This document shows positions 39,612-49,016 of a stretch of 53,727 bases of DNA, one piece after another; position 1 is the first letter of the stretch, and each line of letters opens with the position of its first letter. Source of the stretch: Fibrobacterales bacterium. GTDB lineage: Bacteria > Fibrobacterota > Fibrobacteria > Fibrobacterales > JAOPTW01. The translations under genes and the position numbers were made by a program. The stretch is from the NCBI GenBank assembly GCA_051532055.1, contig JAOPTX010000042.1, forward strand, positions 1-53,727, given 5' to 3'. Under the pieces are notes generated by a model. That model did no database searches, was not told the origin of the DNA, and saw only the letters and a list, made by a program, of their open reading frames with translations.

Positions 39612-41963
39612 ATGAGTCAATCACATCCACCAGCAGAACCCACAATACCACAGAAGATCATTTCTGTCGATACGTTTGTATCGGTCCTTTGCCGTGGCAT
39701 CGATCTTAATGAAAGTACCTATAGCCTCGATAGGGCAGAGAAAGAAGCAGTACGATCATTCACGGTAGAACAGACCGACAAAACCATCAATTATCCGGTT
39801 GGCTATCACTATAAACGGGATGATCTAACGTTTCTCTTTGAAGGAACGATCACGGCTCTGACCCACGATGATCAATTACCCTTGATAGAGACTGTTGCGA
39901 TACATGATCCACGTAATATCGATGCAGCTCATCTTATTTGTAAAACACTTGCCTACCTCTATGGCAAAACCGAAGAGTACCATCAAGTTGAGGGTGTCAT
40001 TAATTGGTATTCATTAGATGGTGTATTCAGTCATAGTGAATCTGCTATATATTCACTCTCAGAGCTTGAAACCTTCTTTGAAGACCAAGTACAGCTCTAT
40101 CTTGAGGTGAGTAAAAATAGTATCTACTGGATGTCGGTACGGAACGAATCAATAGCCGAGAGTGATTTCCCCTTTGCCCCTTTTAGAAAAGGGCAGCGAG
40201 AGATGATGGCAGAAATATATACTGCAGCAAAGAATAAAGGTCAAGTACTGGTTCAGGCACCAACGGGGATAGGGAAAACCCTCGCGTCACTTTTTCCGGC
40301 AATTAAGAGCTTGGAAGCTGGGTTCACAGAGAAAATATTTTATCTCACGGCTCGGACAACAGGTCGCGAGATTGCAGAAAATGCATTAACAATATTGCGT
40401 GATCGGGGATTACGTATCAAGTCCGTTACCATCGTCTCAAAAGAGAAGATTTGCTTTATAAAAGACAATCCCAAAAGCTGTGATACCTGTAAATACGCTA
40501 AAGGCTATTATGAACGGCTCAATCCCGCCTTAATCGAAGGGAGGCAAAAGGATGCTCTTACTCGTGAAGTAGTTGAAGAGGTTTCTGAAAAGTTTGGTAT
40601 CTGCCCCTTTGAATTCTCTCTTGATATATCCATGCTGTGTGATGTCGTTATATGTGATTTCAATTATCTGTTTGATCCCTTTGTATCCCTCAAGCGGTAT
40701 TTTGGGAGTAACGGAGGGGAATATCACTTTCTCGTAGATGAAGCGCATAATCTGGTTGATCGAGGGCGAGATATGTATTCTGCTGAACTTGATAAGGCAG
40801 ATATATTGGCCATTCGCCGAGAACTCAAGCCCTATAAAGATTCGGTAAAGTATATCTATCGTGACCTCGGTAAGGTTAATACTTGGTTTTTAAATAAGCG
40901 TAAAGAAAAAAGGAGCACAACCACGGAGTTCATAGAACGAGAGTTTCCCGAAGAGCTTCTCTGGAGGCTGAGAGCTGTGGTTCGTGCAACAGATGATTGG
41001 CTCGATCTCAATAAAGGGGGGCCGTATAAAAAGGTACTCTTGGACACCTATTATACTATTAAGAAATTTGTAACGATAGCCGAATTATATAATGAACGGT
41101 TTCGCTGTATCTATACCCCTGATGCAAAGAACCTTGTGTTGAAGCTGTATTGCATAGATCCTTCTGAGCAACTCCACAAAGCATTGATGTATGGCACATC
41201 TACAGCTGTTTTTTCAGCCACACTATCTCCTATGCACTACTATAAACAGTTGTTGGGGGTAGATTCGGATGCACAAGTGGGGGCGCTTCCTTCTCCTTTT
41301 CCTACTGAGAACCTCAAAGTACTCATTGCAGATACCATTGAGACAACCTATAAACAACGGAATGCCTCTCTGGGAAGTGTTGTTGATTCTATTGATGCAT
41401 TGGTGAATGCAAAGCCGGGTAACTATATGGTCTACTTTCCTTCATATGCCTATATGAATCATGGAGTTGAGCAGTTTATATCTCAAAACCCCCATGTGAA
41501 AACAGTCGTGCAAGAGTCGGGGATGGCAGAAGATGAACGGACCGCATTTATAGAACATTTTCATGAGTTTGCAGAAGAACGCAACGCCCAAAACCCTCAA
41601 AGTCTGGTAGGATTTGCAGTAATGGGCGGAGTATTTAGCGAAGGGGTAGACCTGATAGGGGATCGCCTTTCGGGAGTGGCAATAGTTGGTGTTGGTCTTC
41701 CAGGCATTTCTACCGAACGGAATTTGGTCAAAGATTACTTTGATACCCATCGTGTGGGATTTGAGTATGCGTATATGTATCCTGGAATGAATAAAGTGTT
41801 ACAGGCGGCAGGAAGAGTTATTCGTACAATGAGTGATAGAGGGACGGTTTTGCTCATAGATTCTCGGTTTTCACGATGTGAATATTCGGAGTTATTTCCT
41901 CCGGAATGGAAGCCTATTTTTATAAAAACACCCTCAGAGGTCTCTGAAACCCTATCTTGTTAA
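39612..41963 (+). CDS. DinG/Rad3/XPD-family ATP-dependent DNA helicase with Fe-S cluster and degenerate N-terminal nuclease-like domain
   Basis: Q-motif RKGQ, Walker A APTGIGKT, four Fe-S Cys (KIC..CDTC..ICPFE), DEAHN, SATL, FPSY, FSEGVD, QAAGRVIR. TATCTTTG ends 4 nt before the ATG. Confidence 0.92.
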   Translation: MSQSHPPAEPTIPQKIISVDTFVSVLCRGIDLNESTYSLDRAEKEAVRSFTVEQTDKTINYPVGYHYKRDDLTFLFEGTITALTHDDQLPLIETVAIHDPRNIDAAHLICKTLAYLYGKTEEYHQVEGVINWYSLDGVFSHSESAIYSLSELETFFEDQVQLYLEVSKNSIYWMSVRNESIAESDFPFAPFRKGQREMMAEIYTAAKNKGQVLVQAPTGIGKTLASLFPAIKSLEAGFTEKIFYLTARTTGREIAENALTILRDRGLRIKSVTIVSKEKICFIKDNPKSCDTCKYAKGYYERLNPALIEGRQKDALTREVVEEVSEKFGICPFEFSLDISMLCDVVICDFNYLFDPFVSLKRYFGSNGGEYHFLVDEAHNLVDRGRDMYSAELDKADILAIRRELKPYKDSVKYIYRDLGKVNTWFLNKRKEKRSTTTEFIEREFPEELLWRLRAVVRATDDWLDLNKGGPYKKVLLDTYYTIKKFVTIAELYNERFRCIYTPDAKNLVLKLYCIDPSEQLHKALMYGTSTAVFSATLSPMHYYKQLLGVDSDAQVGALPSPFPTENLKVLIADTIETTYKQRNASLGSVVDSIDALVNAKPGNYMVYFPSYAYMNHGVEQFISQNPHVKTVVQESGMAEDERTAFIEHFHEFAEERNAQNPQSLVGFAVMGGVFSEGVDLIGDRLSGVAIVGVGLPGISTERNLVKDYFDTHRVGFEYAYMYPGMNKVLQAAGRVIRTMSDRGTVLLIDSRFSRCEYSELFPPEWKPIFIKTPSEVSETLSC

Positions 41964-42076
41964 TAATTAACAGATGATAAGTGTGGAATTTCGTCAAAAG
42001 GGCACACTCTTCGATTAAAATCTCTCTATGAGTTCTTATATTTAAACACAAATACGAAAAAGAACTAAGAGATACT

Positions 42077-44305
42077 ATGAGTGAACAATCAAAAATTTAT
42101 TATACCAAAACAGATGAAGCGCCCTTCCTCGGAACCATATCGTTTTTACCGGTTATCGAAGCGTTTTTAAAATCTGCGGGTATTCCATTAGTGTTAAAAG
42201 ATATCTCTCTTGCGAGTAGAATCATTGCAAAATTCCCTGAATTACTGAAGCCTGAGCAGGTCATTGAAGATGCCTTGGGTGAACTTGGTAAACTGGTAAA
42301 GCAACCAGGTGCCAATGTTATTAAGTTACCTAATATCAGCGCATCCATTCCTCAACTTAAAGCGGCTATTGCTGAACTACAGGCGGCTGGTTATGCGGTA
42401 CCTTTGTATCCTGACGCACCTCAAAATGATACTGAAAAAAGCATTAAAGATTCTTACACAGCGGTGTTAGGGAGTGCGGTAAATCCGGTACTTCGTGAGG
42501 GTAACTCTGATAGACGAGTACCAAGTGCGGTAAAATCCTATGCTCAAACACATCCACACTCAATGGGAGCATGGAGCGCTGAAACTCAGAGTCATGTTGC
42601 TACTATGGGCACGGGTGATTTCTTCTCGAATGAACAGTCGTTAGTTGTTGCTCAAGATACCGTTGCCTCAATAGAGCATATCAAGCAAGATGGTTCTGTA
42701 ACGGTGCTCAAAAAAGAATTACCGCTTCTTGAGAAAGAGGTGATAGACATTAGTTATTTGAGCAGTCAGGCCCTCGATAGCTTTTTTGAAAAAGAGTTTG
42801 CTGATGCCAAGTCGAAAGGATTACTCGCGTCGGTACATTTAAAAGCGACCATGATGAAGGTGTCTGACCCAATTATTTTTGGTCATGCAGTAACCACCTA
42901 TTTTGAAAGTCTCTTTACAGAGCATGCCGCAGAATTTAAAGAGCTCGGAATCAGCCCCTCTCTTGGTTTTGGTGATATAAAAAATAAAATTCAGGATCTC
43001 CCTGATGATAAGAGAATTGCTATTGAAAAAGGTATTGCACAGTGCCTTGAGCAGGGTCCTGACCTTGCGATGGTCGATTCAGACCGTGGAATAACTAATC
43101 TCGACGTACCGAGTGATGTCATTATTGATGCCTCAATGCCTGCTATGATTCGTGCAGGGGGCAAAATGTGGGGGCCAGACGGCGCACTTCAAGAAACAAA
43201 AGCACTTATACCGGACGCATGTTATGCGGGCATCTTTCAAGAAGTGATAGACTTCTGTAAAGAGCATGGCGCATTTGATGTAACCACAATGGGCAGTGTT
43301 TCAAACCTTGGCCTTATGGCGAAAAAGGCAGAAGAATACGGGTCTCATGACAAAACATTTAAGATTTCTGGAAACGGTACGGTTCGTGTTGTCGATGGCA
43401 ATGGTGCAGTACTGTTAGAAAATAATATTGAAGATGGTGATATCTGGAGAATGTGTCAGACCAAAGATGAGGCCATACAAGACTGGATTCAATATGCAGT
43501 AAAACGTGCTCAAGCAACAGGTACTCCTACAGTATTCTGGTTAAGCTCTGAGAGAGCACACGATAAAAACCTCATAACTATGGTTCAAAAACACCTTGAT
43601 CAAACCGACCTCAATGGTGCTGATATCAGCATTAAATCACCAGAAGAAGCCTGTCGCTTTTCATTAGAGCGTTGTCACAAGGGTGAAGATACCATTTCAG
43701 TTACCGGCAATGTACTCCGTGATTACTTAACCGATCTGTTTCCTATATTGGAAGTAGGGACCAGTGCAAAAATGCTTTCAATTGTGCCACTCCTCGAAGG
43801 GGGAACACTATTCGAGACTGGAGCGGGCGGGAGTGCACCAAAACACATACAGCAGTTGATCAAAGAAGGACACTTGCGTTGGGATTCTCTCGGTGAGTAT
43901 TTAGCACTTGCAGTGTCGTTAGAAACCTTTGGTGCGGATCAGAATAACGCTAATGCGAAAGTATTGGGAGAAGCGCTGAATAAGGCGAACGAAAAATACC
44001 TCGCCGAAAACAGATCACCCAAGCCAAAGGTGAATGATATGGATACCCGTACTTCACACTATTATGTGACTCTGTATTGGGCAGAGGCATTGGCAGCTCA
44101 AGAGGCAAGTGCAGAACTACAGGCGCTCTTTGCTCCTATTGCTAAAGCACTTACTGAACAGGAAACTGAGATAGTACAACAGCTGAATAGTACTCAAGGG
44201 AGAGCAATTGATCTTGGTGGGTATTATCTTCCGAGTGAAGAGAAACTTGCTCAGGCAATGCGTCCGAGTGCTTTGTTTACTGAGATACTGGATCGTATAG
44301 GTTAA
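42077..44305 (+). CDS. icd: Monomeric NADP-dependent isocitrate dehydrogenase
   Basis: [81 protein letters not shown]; 742 aa. Confidence 0.97.
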   Translation: MSEQSKIYYTKTDEAPFLGTISFLPVIEAFLKSAGIPLVLKDISLASRIIAKFPELLKPEQVIEDALGELGKLVKQPGANVIKLPNISASIPQLKAAIAELQAAGYAVPLYPDAPQNDTEKSIKDSYTAVLGSAVNPVLREGNSDRRVPSAVKSYAQTHPHSMGAWSAETQSHVATMGTGDFFSNEQSLVVAQDTVASIEHIKQDGSVTVLKKELPLLEKEVIDISYLSSQALDSFFEKEFADAKSKGLLASVHLKATMMKVSDPIIFGHAVTTYFESLFTEHAAEFKELGISPSLGFGDIKNKIQDLPDDKRIAIEKGIAQCLEQGPDLAMVDSDRGITNLDVPSDVIIDASMPAMIRAGGKMWGPDGALQETKALIPDACYAGIFQEVIDFCKEHGAFDVTTMGSVSNLGLMAKKAEEYGSHDKTFKISGNGTVRVVDGNGAVLLENNIEDGDIWRMCQTKDEAIQDWIQYAVKRAQATGTPTVFWLSSERAHDKNLITMVQKHLDQTDLNGADISIKSPEEACRFSLERCHKGEDTISVTGNVLRDYLTDLFPILEVGTSAKMLSIVPLLEGGTLFETGAGGSAPKHIQQLIKEGHLRWDSLGEYLALAVSLETFGADQNNANAKVLGEALNKANEKYLAENRSPKPKVNDMDTRTSHYYVTLYWAEALAAQEASAELQALFAPIAKALTEQETEIVQQLNSTQGRAIDLGGYYLPSEEKLAQAMRPSALFTEILDRIG

Positions 44306-44367
44306 TATAGGCTAATATTTCACTCTTTGGGAGCTTCACGTATCGTTATGCGCCCTCTCTTATTATT

Positions 44368-44399
44368 AAGCACTCATCTTTCTGGATGGGTGCTTTTTT
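44368..44399 (+). terminator. Rho-independent terminator
   Basis: AAGCACTCATC / GATGGGTGCTT stem followed by a T-run after icd. Confidence 0.8.
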
Positions 44400-44511
44400 G
44401 TTGGCGAATTCTCATTGGCTGAACTAAAGAGCCTTAACACCGTTCATAACCTGAATTGTGGCTACGGGACATGTTATCGTTTAAGAAGGTATTTAAGATT
44501 AGAATATCACA

Positions 44512-45855
44512 CTAAGGGGTAATACCCATAGTGGTGACATCGGTGATGGTAATAAACGTCGTATCTTTTATATAACTAAAAGAGTTCTGATTTACAGTAT
44601 CTAACAAAGGGACAGAGGTAATAATCGGATATGTGCCGGCTGGAATTGTAGTGACGGTTCTCCCATCTGCATAGCTAAAGTCAGTCTTGTCCCAATACCC
44701 TATTTGAACAAGCGTATCCAAGAACTCTACGCTGTGGAGGTTCATTACTTCATTATCACCATGAGAATAGAGTATACCAAGAGGAGTGGAATCTAAATCG
44801 AGAAATGAAAGCATCAACCATTCTTGGGGGCTGCTCCCTATTGCATAGAATTGTACTGCAGTTTGATTGATATTCGTAAGGGTGACTGTTATGGGTATTG
44901 AGTCAATCATGGCGAAAGTATTGTCTGGTATTCTTGTAGTTACTTTAAAGTCACCATATATCTTTTCTGACAAAATAGGAACAGAAGGAGTCTCGGTTTG
45001 AGGGGGATCAGTAACCGTATCAATTGATGAAGAGCTCAATACTGGTTCACTAGAGGAGAGTAACACTTCTGGAGTGCTCGATAGTATGAATGAAGACGAA
45101 CTTGCATGTGCACTACTCACTGTGCTGCTTTCATTGGCTGTATCAGCACTTGAAATAGTGCTACTACTATTACTTGCTTCTTCAGAACCATCAACACTAT
45201 TGTCGTCATTTTTATCGTCACTAGTATCGATAGTATCGCTCGATGAAAGGGTAAAGGTCGTTATATTGAGTGGTACAGAAATAGAGGTTTCGGTTAATTC
45301 GGTCCCTACAGATTCTATGACAATAAGGCTTTGATCAGGAACGGAATCTTTTGTTGTATCAAACTGTATAACATCAAAGTGATAAGTCCCATTACTGTCT
45401 ACCATAAGGGTGTCGCTATAAAACAGGAGAGCATGTATCGGGCGCGATCCTGGAAGTATCGAGACAGGAGTCACGGGGTAGTAAACGAGTGAGTCAATGT
45501 GAACAAAGGGGACGGTATCAGTAAGGGATATATTAGGAAAGAGCGTACCGAGGGCACTGCTTTTCGAAAGGATATCGTAGCGTGTAAGGGGGAGATTGTC
45601 GAATACAAATTGCCCGGTGTGATCAGGCGTTGTTGATTGAACAATGGTGTGAGGCTCATCCGTACGATACAAGTTAATAATAAGGGGAGCCTTATCTGCA
45701 GTGCTCGCTTTTAAGAGTGAAACAGTATTGGTGATGATAGTACCACCGGTTATGCGCCCGGTTCCATTATCTGAGTCTACAGAAACTGAACAACCAATTA
45801 AAAAACAGCCTATGGATAACAACAGCATTATAATGAGACTTAAAAAGCTTTTCAT
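44512..45855 (-). CDS. Lipoprotein downstream of the TIGR02147 gene (carboxypeptidase-regulatory-like N-domain, Ser-rich linker, possible BsuPI-like C-domain)
   Basis: ATG 45855 overlaps the upstream TGA (ATGA); lipobox LIGC; 'GGTIITNTV', 'PDHTGQFVFDNLP..RYDI'; Ser-rich linker; 'VTLTN...W...PAGTY'. Confidence 0.7.
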   Translation of the reverse strand: MKSFLSLIIMLLLSIGCFLIGCSVSVDSDNGTGRITGGTIITNTVSLLKASTADKAPLIINLYRTDEPHTIVQSTTPDHTGQFVFDNLPLTRYDILSKSSALGTLFPNISLTDTVPFVHIDSLVYYPVTPVSILPGSRPIHALLFYSDTLMVDSNGTYHFDVIQFDTTKDSVPDQSLIVIESVGTELTETSISVPLNITTFTLSSSDTIDTSDDKNDDNSVDGSEEASNSSSTISSADTANESSTVSSAHASSSSFILSSTPEVLLSSSEPVLSSSSIDTVTDPPQTETPSVPILSEKIYGDFKVTTRIPDNTFAMIDSIPITVTLTNINQTAVQFYAIGSSPQEWLMLSFLDLDSTPLGILYSHGDNEVMNLHSVEFLDTLVQIGYWDKTDFSYADGRTVTTIPAGTYPIITSVPLLDTVNQNSFSYIKDTTFITITDVTTMGITP

Positions 45856-46691
45856 GACGTCCCTTTCCCCTTGGATAAAGAACGGGAGAGAGGAAAAAAC
45901 TGAAGGTTGACTTGAAAGCATTTTTCTACGCGATGTTGTCTTTGGAGAATATCGGCAAGGGTATTTTGAAATTGGGCTACCGCTTGTTCAATCTCGGTAT
46001 ATCCTTCATGTGATACACCCGCAGTGCAGGTTAGAATATTCCGTTCTTCTGCAGGTATGCGTTCAAGTGCTTCTATTCCCATACCCATCATATCTTTTTG
46101 ATGTTTTCGGAGGGCAACATAGTCTTCGGGGTCTGTAGCGGCAATAACCGTGTCTGTCTGAGTATATTGGTCGCCATCTTTTTTAATAAGATTCAGTTGG
46201 AGCAATAACTCAATAGATTTCCGTATCTCTTCATGTGAAATAGTTGGAGTAATAGAGTATCTGAGGTCATCGAGTCTGCCCTTAAAGAGGGAAGAACAGG
46301 CGAGTTCCCGTATGACCGGTGTGTACCATTTTCTAAAATAATGGTACTTCTTTGATTGGATCTTAGAGGTTTCTGGATTTTGAATGCTCTCCAATATAGT
46401 CAAAGCATTCTCTTTCTCTCTATCGCTTTGAGCGTGCTTGAGAGAAAGGAGTTGATAAAAATATTCACATTCTGGGGGAGAAAGCTCAAAAAGAGGAAGG
46501 ATCGTTTTAAGAGAGCGATGTGATAGGGTGTTCGAGCCGTTGAAAATTCTCGACAAATAACTTTTTGATGAAATATCGATTGTCTGTGCAAGGTTCTCTA
46601 GCGTTGTACCGGGGGTAGTAACTTTTTTCTGTTTGTACCACTCACGGATGTAGAGACTGTAGTCGAGATAGTTGTATATATTCACATGCAT
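45852..46691 (-). CDS. TIGR02147 / DUF4423 family protein (N-terminal HTH, putative regulator)
   Basis: 'IYNYLDY..YIREWY..KK', HTH 'LAQTIDISSKSYLSRIFNG', 'YFRKWYTPVIREL', 'SIELLLQLNLI', 'IPAEERNI', 'FQVNLQFFPL'; 279 aa. Confidence 0.88.
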   Translation of the reverse strand: MHVNIYNYLDYSLYIREWYKQKKVTTPGTTLENLAQTIDISSKSYLSRIFNGSNTLSHRSLKTILPLFELSPPECEYFYQLLSLKHAQSDREKENALTILESIQNPETSKIQSKKYHYFRKWYTPVIRELACSSLFKGRLDDLRYSITPTISHEEIRKSIELLLQLNLIKKDGDQYTQTDTVIAATDPEDYVALRKHQKDMMGMGIEALERIPAEERNILTCTAGVSHEGYTEIEQAVAQFQNTLADILQRQHRVEKCFQVNLQFFPLSRSLSKGKGTS

Positions 46692-46696
46692 AGAGG

Positions 46697-46814
46697 CAAA
46701 TATAAGAAGTCTACAATTAAGTGCACTACTTGGTGCACTAAAAATCTGTATAGGCTGTTAAAAGAGGGAATTAGTGCACTTATTGGACTGATGAAATTAT
46801 TTAAGTGCACAAAT
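46697..46814 (-). promoter_or_regulatory. TIGR02147 promoter: four GTGCAC palindromes plus TATATTTG element
   Basis: GTGCAC at 46721, 46733, 46774 and 46805; TATATTTG (minus strand, 46697-46704) lies 5 nt before the ATG. Confidence 0.6.
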
Positions 46815-46903
46815 CCTGGTCGGAATTACAGGCCCGGATTACGAGATACCATTTGCCTAACAGGATGCTCCCATCTATAACTTATTGTTTCTATTATTAC
46901 TCC

Positions 46904-47851
46904 ATGAACAGAATTGACCGCATAGCAGCTATCCTCATACAACTGCAGTCCAAACGGATTGTGACTGCGCAAGAAATTGCAGAACGTTTTGAGATAAGTA
47001 TTCGTACCGTATATCGCGATATTCGCACTCTCGAAGAGGCGGGTGTACCCATAGGTGCTGAAGCGGGGGTTGGGTATTATCTCATGCCAGGTTATTGTCT
47101 GCCTCCCGTACAATTCACCAAAGAGGAGGCCGGTGCTCTTCTTATTGGTGAAAAGTTTGTAGAGAAAATGACTGATAGTGCAACGCAACAAACCTATCGC
47201 TCTGCAATGTTTAAAATAAAGTCGGTACTCCCTGAGACAGAAAAAGATTTTCTTGAGCAACTCAATAGTACCATAGCGGTACAGCGCAGTGAAAACTTTG
47301 AGCCCGATACTGCCGTGAAAGCAATTGAACAGATACAACGGGCCATTGCTGATTCTCATATGTTGAGTATTGAATATACTTCACAAAAAGGGGATGTAAC
47401 AAAACGGACGTTAGAGCCTGTGGGTCTTATCTATTATATGAGTCATTGGCATCTTATAGGGTATTGTAAGCTTCGTAATGATTATCGCGATTTCAGAAGT
47501 GACCGCATTAGTTCCATCGCCATTTTAAAAGAGCGTTTTAATAAACAAAACCGTTTAACCCTCAATGAGTATCTTACTGAGTATGAGAGTGACGTCTCAC
47601 TCGAAAAAGCAGTACTTACCATTAAGAGTTCCGATGCAAGTATGATGGACAGTAGTAAATACTATTTTGGATATCATTCAGAAGAAAGAAAGGGCGCAAC
47701 CACAGAGTTGACGTTCTACACCTCTGATTTCACCTATTTTGCCCACTGGGTTATCAGTTTTACTAATAGGGTATCAATAGTCTCTCCATCAAGCTTACTT
47801 ACCAAGGTGCGAGGGCTTGCACTCGAGCTCTCAGACCACTATTCTGAATAG
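46904..47851 (+). CDS. YafY-family HTH-WYL-WCX transcriptional regulator
   Basis: MNRIDR...TAQEIAERFEISIRTVYRDIRTLEEAGVPI..EAGVGY HTH; WYL 'R.LEP...WHLIGYCKLRNDYRDFRSDRI'. Start at ATG 46904. Confidence 0.93.
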   Translation: MNRIDRIAAILIQLQSKRIVTAQEIAERFEISIRTVYRDIRTLEEAGVPIGAEAGVGYYLMPGYCLPPVQFTKEEAGALLIGEKFVEKMTDSATQQTYRSAMFKIKSVLPETEKDFLEQLNSTIAVQRSENFEPDTAVKAIEQIQRAIADSHMLSIEYTSQKGDVTKRTLEPVGLIYYMSHWHLIGYCKLRNDYRDFRSDRISSIAILKERFNKQNRLTLNEYLTEYESDVSLEKAVLTIKSSDASMMDSSKYYFGYHSEERKGATTELTFYTSDFTYFAHWVISFTNRVSIVSPSSLLTKVRGLALELSDHYSE

Positions 47852-47912
47852 GATTTTGTGTTATTTAGGTTGCCTACCCATCTAAGCCTTATGTATAAGG
47901 ATCAAAACATGC

Positions 47913-47928
47913 TGACATAGGGTTGTCA
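47913..47928 (+). promoter_or_regulatory. TGACA-N6-TGTCA inverted repeat, likely YafY/WYL operator
   Basis: TGACAtagggtTGTCA lies between the WYL gene and the GyrI-like gene and is followed by TATGAT (-10-like) at 47940-47945. Confidence 0.65.
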
Positions 47929-47997
47929 CTCCGGGTTTGTATGATTGTATATAGGTGATCATGGTGGTCGCCACACACAATACACAAGGAAAGCCTT

Positions 47998-48468
47998 ATG
48001 TCACAACTTACTATCGAAAAAAAATGCATTGCCCCTCTTACTCTTTTAGCCGCAACGATTACTACGACCTTGAACACCCTCGTACAAAATATTGGCAATA
48101 TCCCCTGTGAAATTATGGAGGAGATAGAGGCGAAAGGTCTTGTTGCTTCGGGTCCTGCGGTATTTGAATATGTGGGTTGTACGGATGACCTTGAAAAAGA
48201 GTTCACTCTCTATATCTGTTTTCCTGTAGCTGCTGACAGTACATACGAAGGCACCTATGATTTAGTTACCACTAAACCCTTTGATTGTTTAGAGACCAAC
48301 TATACCGGCAGTATGCAAGACTTAGGGCCAAAGGGATGGATGCCATTTATGGGCGCGATTATGCAGGATGGCGCATCGGTAACGGACGTCTGTCGTGAGG
48401 TCTATACCAATTGGGCTGGCCCAGAATCTGATGAGAATGTGATTGAGTTGCAAATGGGTATTAAATAA
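47998..48468 (+). CDS. GyrI-like small-molecule-binding domain protein
   Basis: AAGGA RBS; 'GPAVFEY...LYICFPV...YTGSMQDL...REVYTNW..P.S.ENVIELQMGI'. Confidence 0.85.
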   Translation: MSQLTIEKKCIAPLTLLAATITTTLNTLVQNIGNIPCEIMEEIEAKGLVASGPAVFEYVGCTDDLEKEFTLYICFPVAADSTYEGTYDLVTTKPFDCLETNYTGSMQDLGPKGWMPFMGAIMQDGASVTDVCREVYTNWAGPESDENVIELQMGIK

Positions 48469-48716
48469 GTCTAGAGCTTTATTACTATACGTTGTAACTA
48501 ACACATATCTGTGTTAATAATTGTAAATAGGGTCGTGCCTCTAAAATCTTGCCCTAATTACGGAGTTCTTTTGACTGGATGAAAATGTATCTGTGATGTA
48601 GCGAGTTTTACATTGTATCAGTGTATCGATATTTGTTTGTCCGTTAAGACTTCTCAATGGAGACTCTCTCATCATTATTTTATTACAGGTGTTCACAATA
48701 CTCAATATTTCCAATA

Positions 48717-48750
48717 AAAGACGCTACCTTAATTAAAAGATAGCGTCTTT
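48717..48750. terminator. Hairpin / probable terminator
   Basis: AAAGACGCTA ... TAGCGTCTTT 10-bp inverted repeat. Confidence 0.6.
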
Positions 48751-48790
48751 ATATAGTGTCTAAAATTTGGGGGCTCATATCAGCAGCAAC

Positions 48791-48909
48791 ATTTGTGCAC
48801 TCAATATATTGTTTCAATCAAATATGTGCACTCAGTCAGGTTTTTTTAGGGTTATTTAGAGTGATTTGTGCATTTAATTATACGTGAAATGATACGCGTC
48901 ATATATTTG
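48791..48909 (+). promoter_or_regulatory. Second, inverted copy of the GTGCAC-array promoter
   Basis: GTGCAC at 48795 and 48826, GTGCAT at 48868, TATATTTG at 48902. 33/44 ungapped identity (hand count) of 48791-48834 to the reverse complement of 46771-46814. Confidence 0.65.
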
Positions 48910-48914
48910 TGACT

Positions 48915-48959
48915 ATGCCAGTGAATACATACAATAGTACCTCTACTCGATACCATTGA
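48915..48959 (+). pseudogene. Remnant of the 5' end of a TIGR02147-type gene (MPVNTYN...)
   Basis: ATGCCAGTGAATACATACAA vs ATGCATGTGAATATATACAA (start of the 46691 gene), 17/20 identical, at the same distance from TATATTTG; stops after 14 codons. Confidence 0.55.
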
Positions 48960-49016
48960 TCAGATAGATTTTGCCTATATAAGAGACACAACCTTTATAC
49001 CCCTAGAGAGACGATT

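Noticed and set aside
39612..41963. Helicase as a type IV CRISPR CasDinG or anti-phage defence gene
   Set aside because: It stands alone beside icd, with no cas or defence neighbours, and looks like the ordinary Rad3/DinG repair helicase.
450..48504. Numerous 60-180-aa ORFs antisense to or nested in long genes (e.g. 10344..10847, 46826..47359, 12986..13369)
   Set aside because: They fully overlap well-supported genes and show no domain-like motifs.
46771..48834. Inverted promoter copies as an invertible DNA switch flipping yafY-gyrI
   Set aside because: The copies are only about 75% identical in their best part, there is no recombinase nearby, and homology extends into the TIGR02147 start codons, which fits duplication and decay better.
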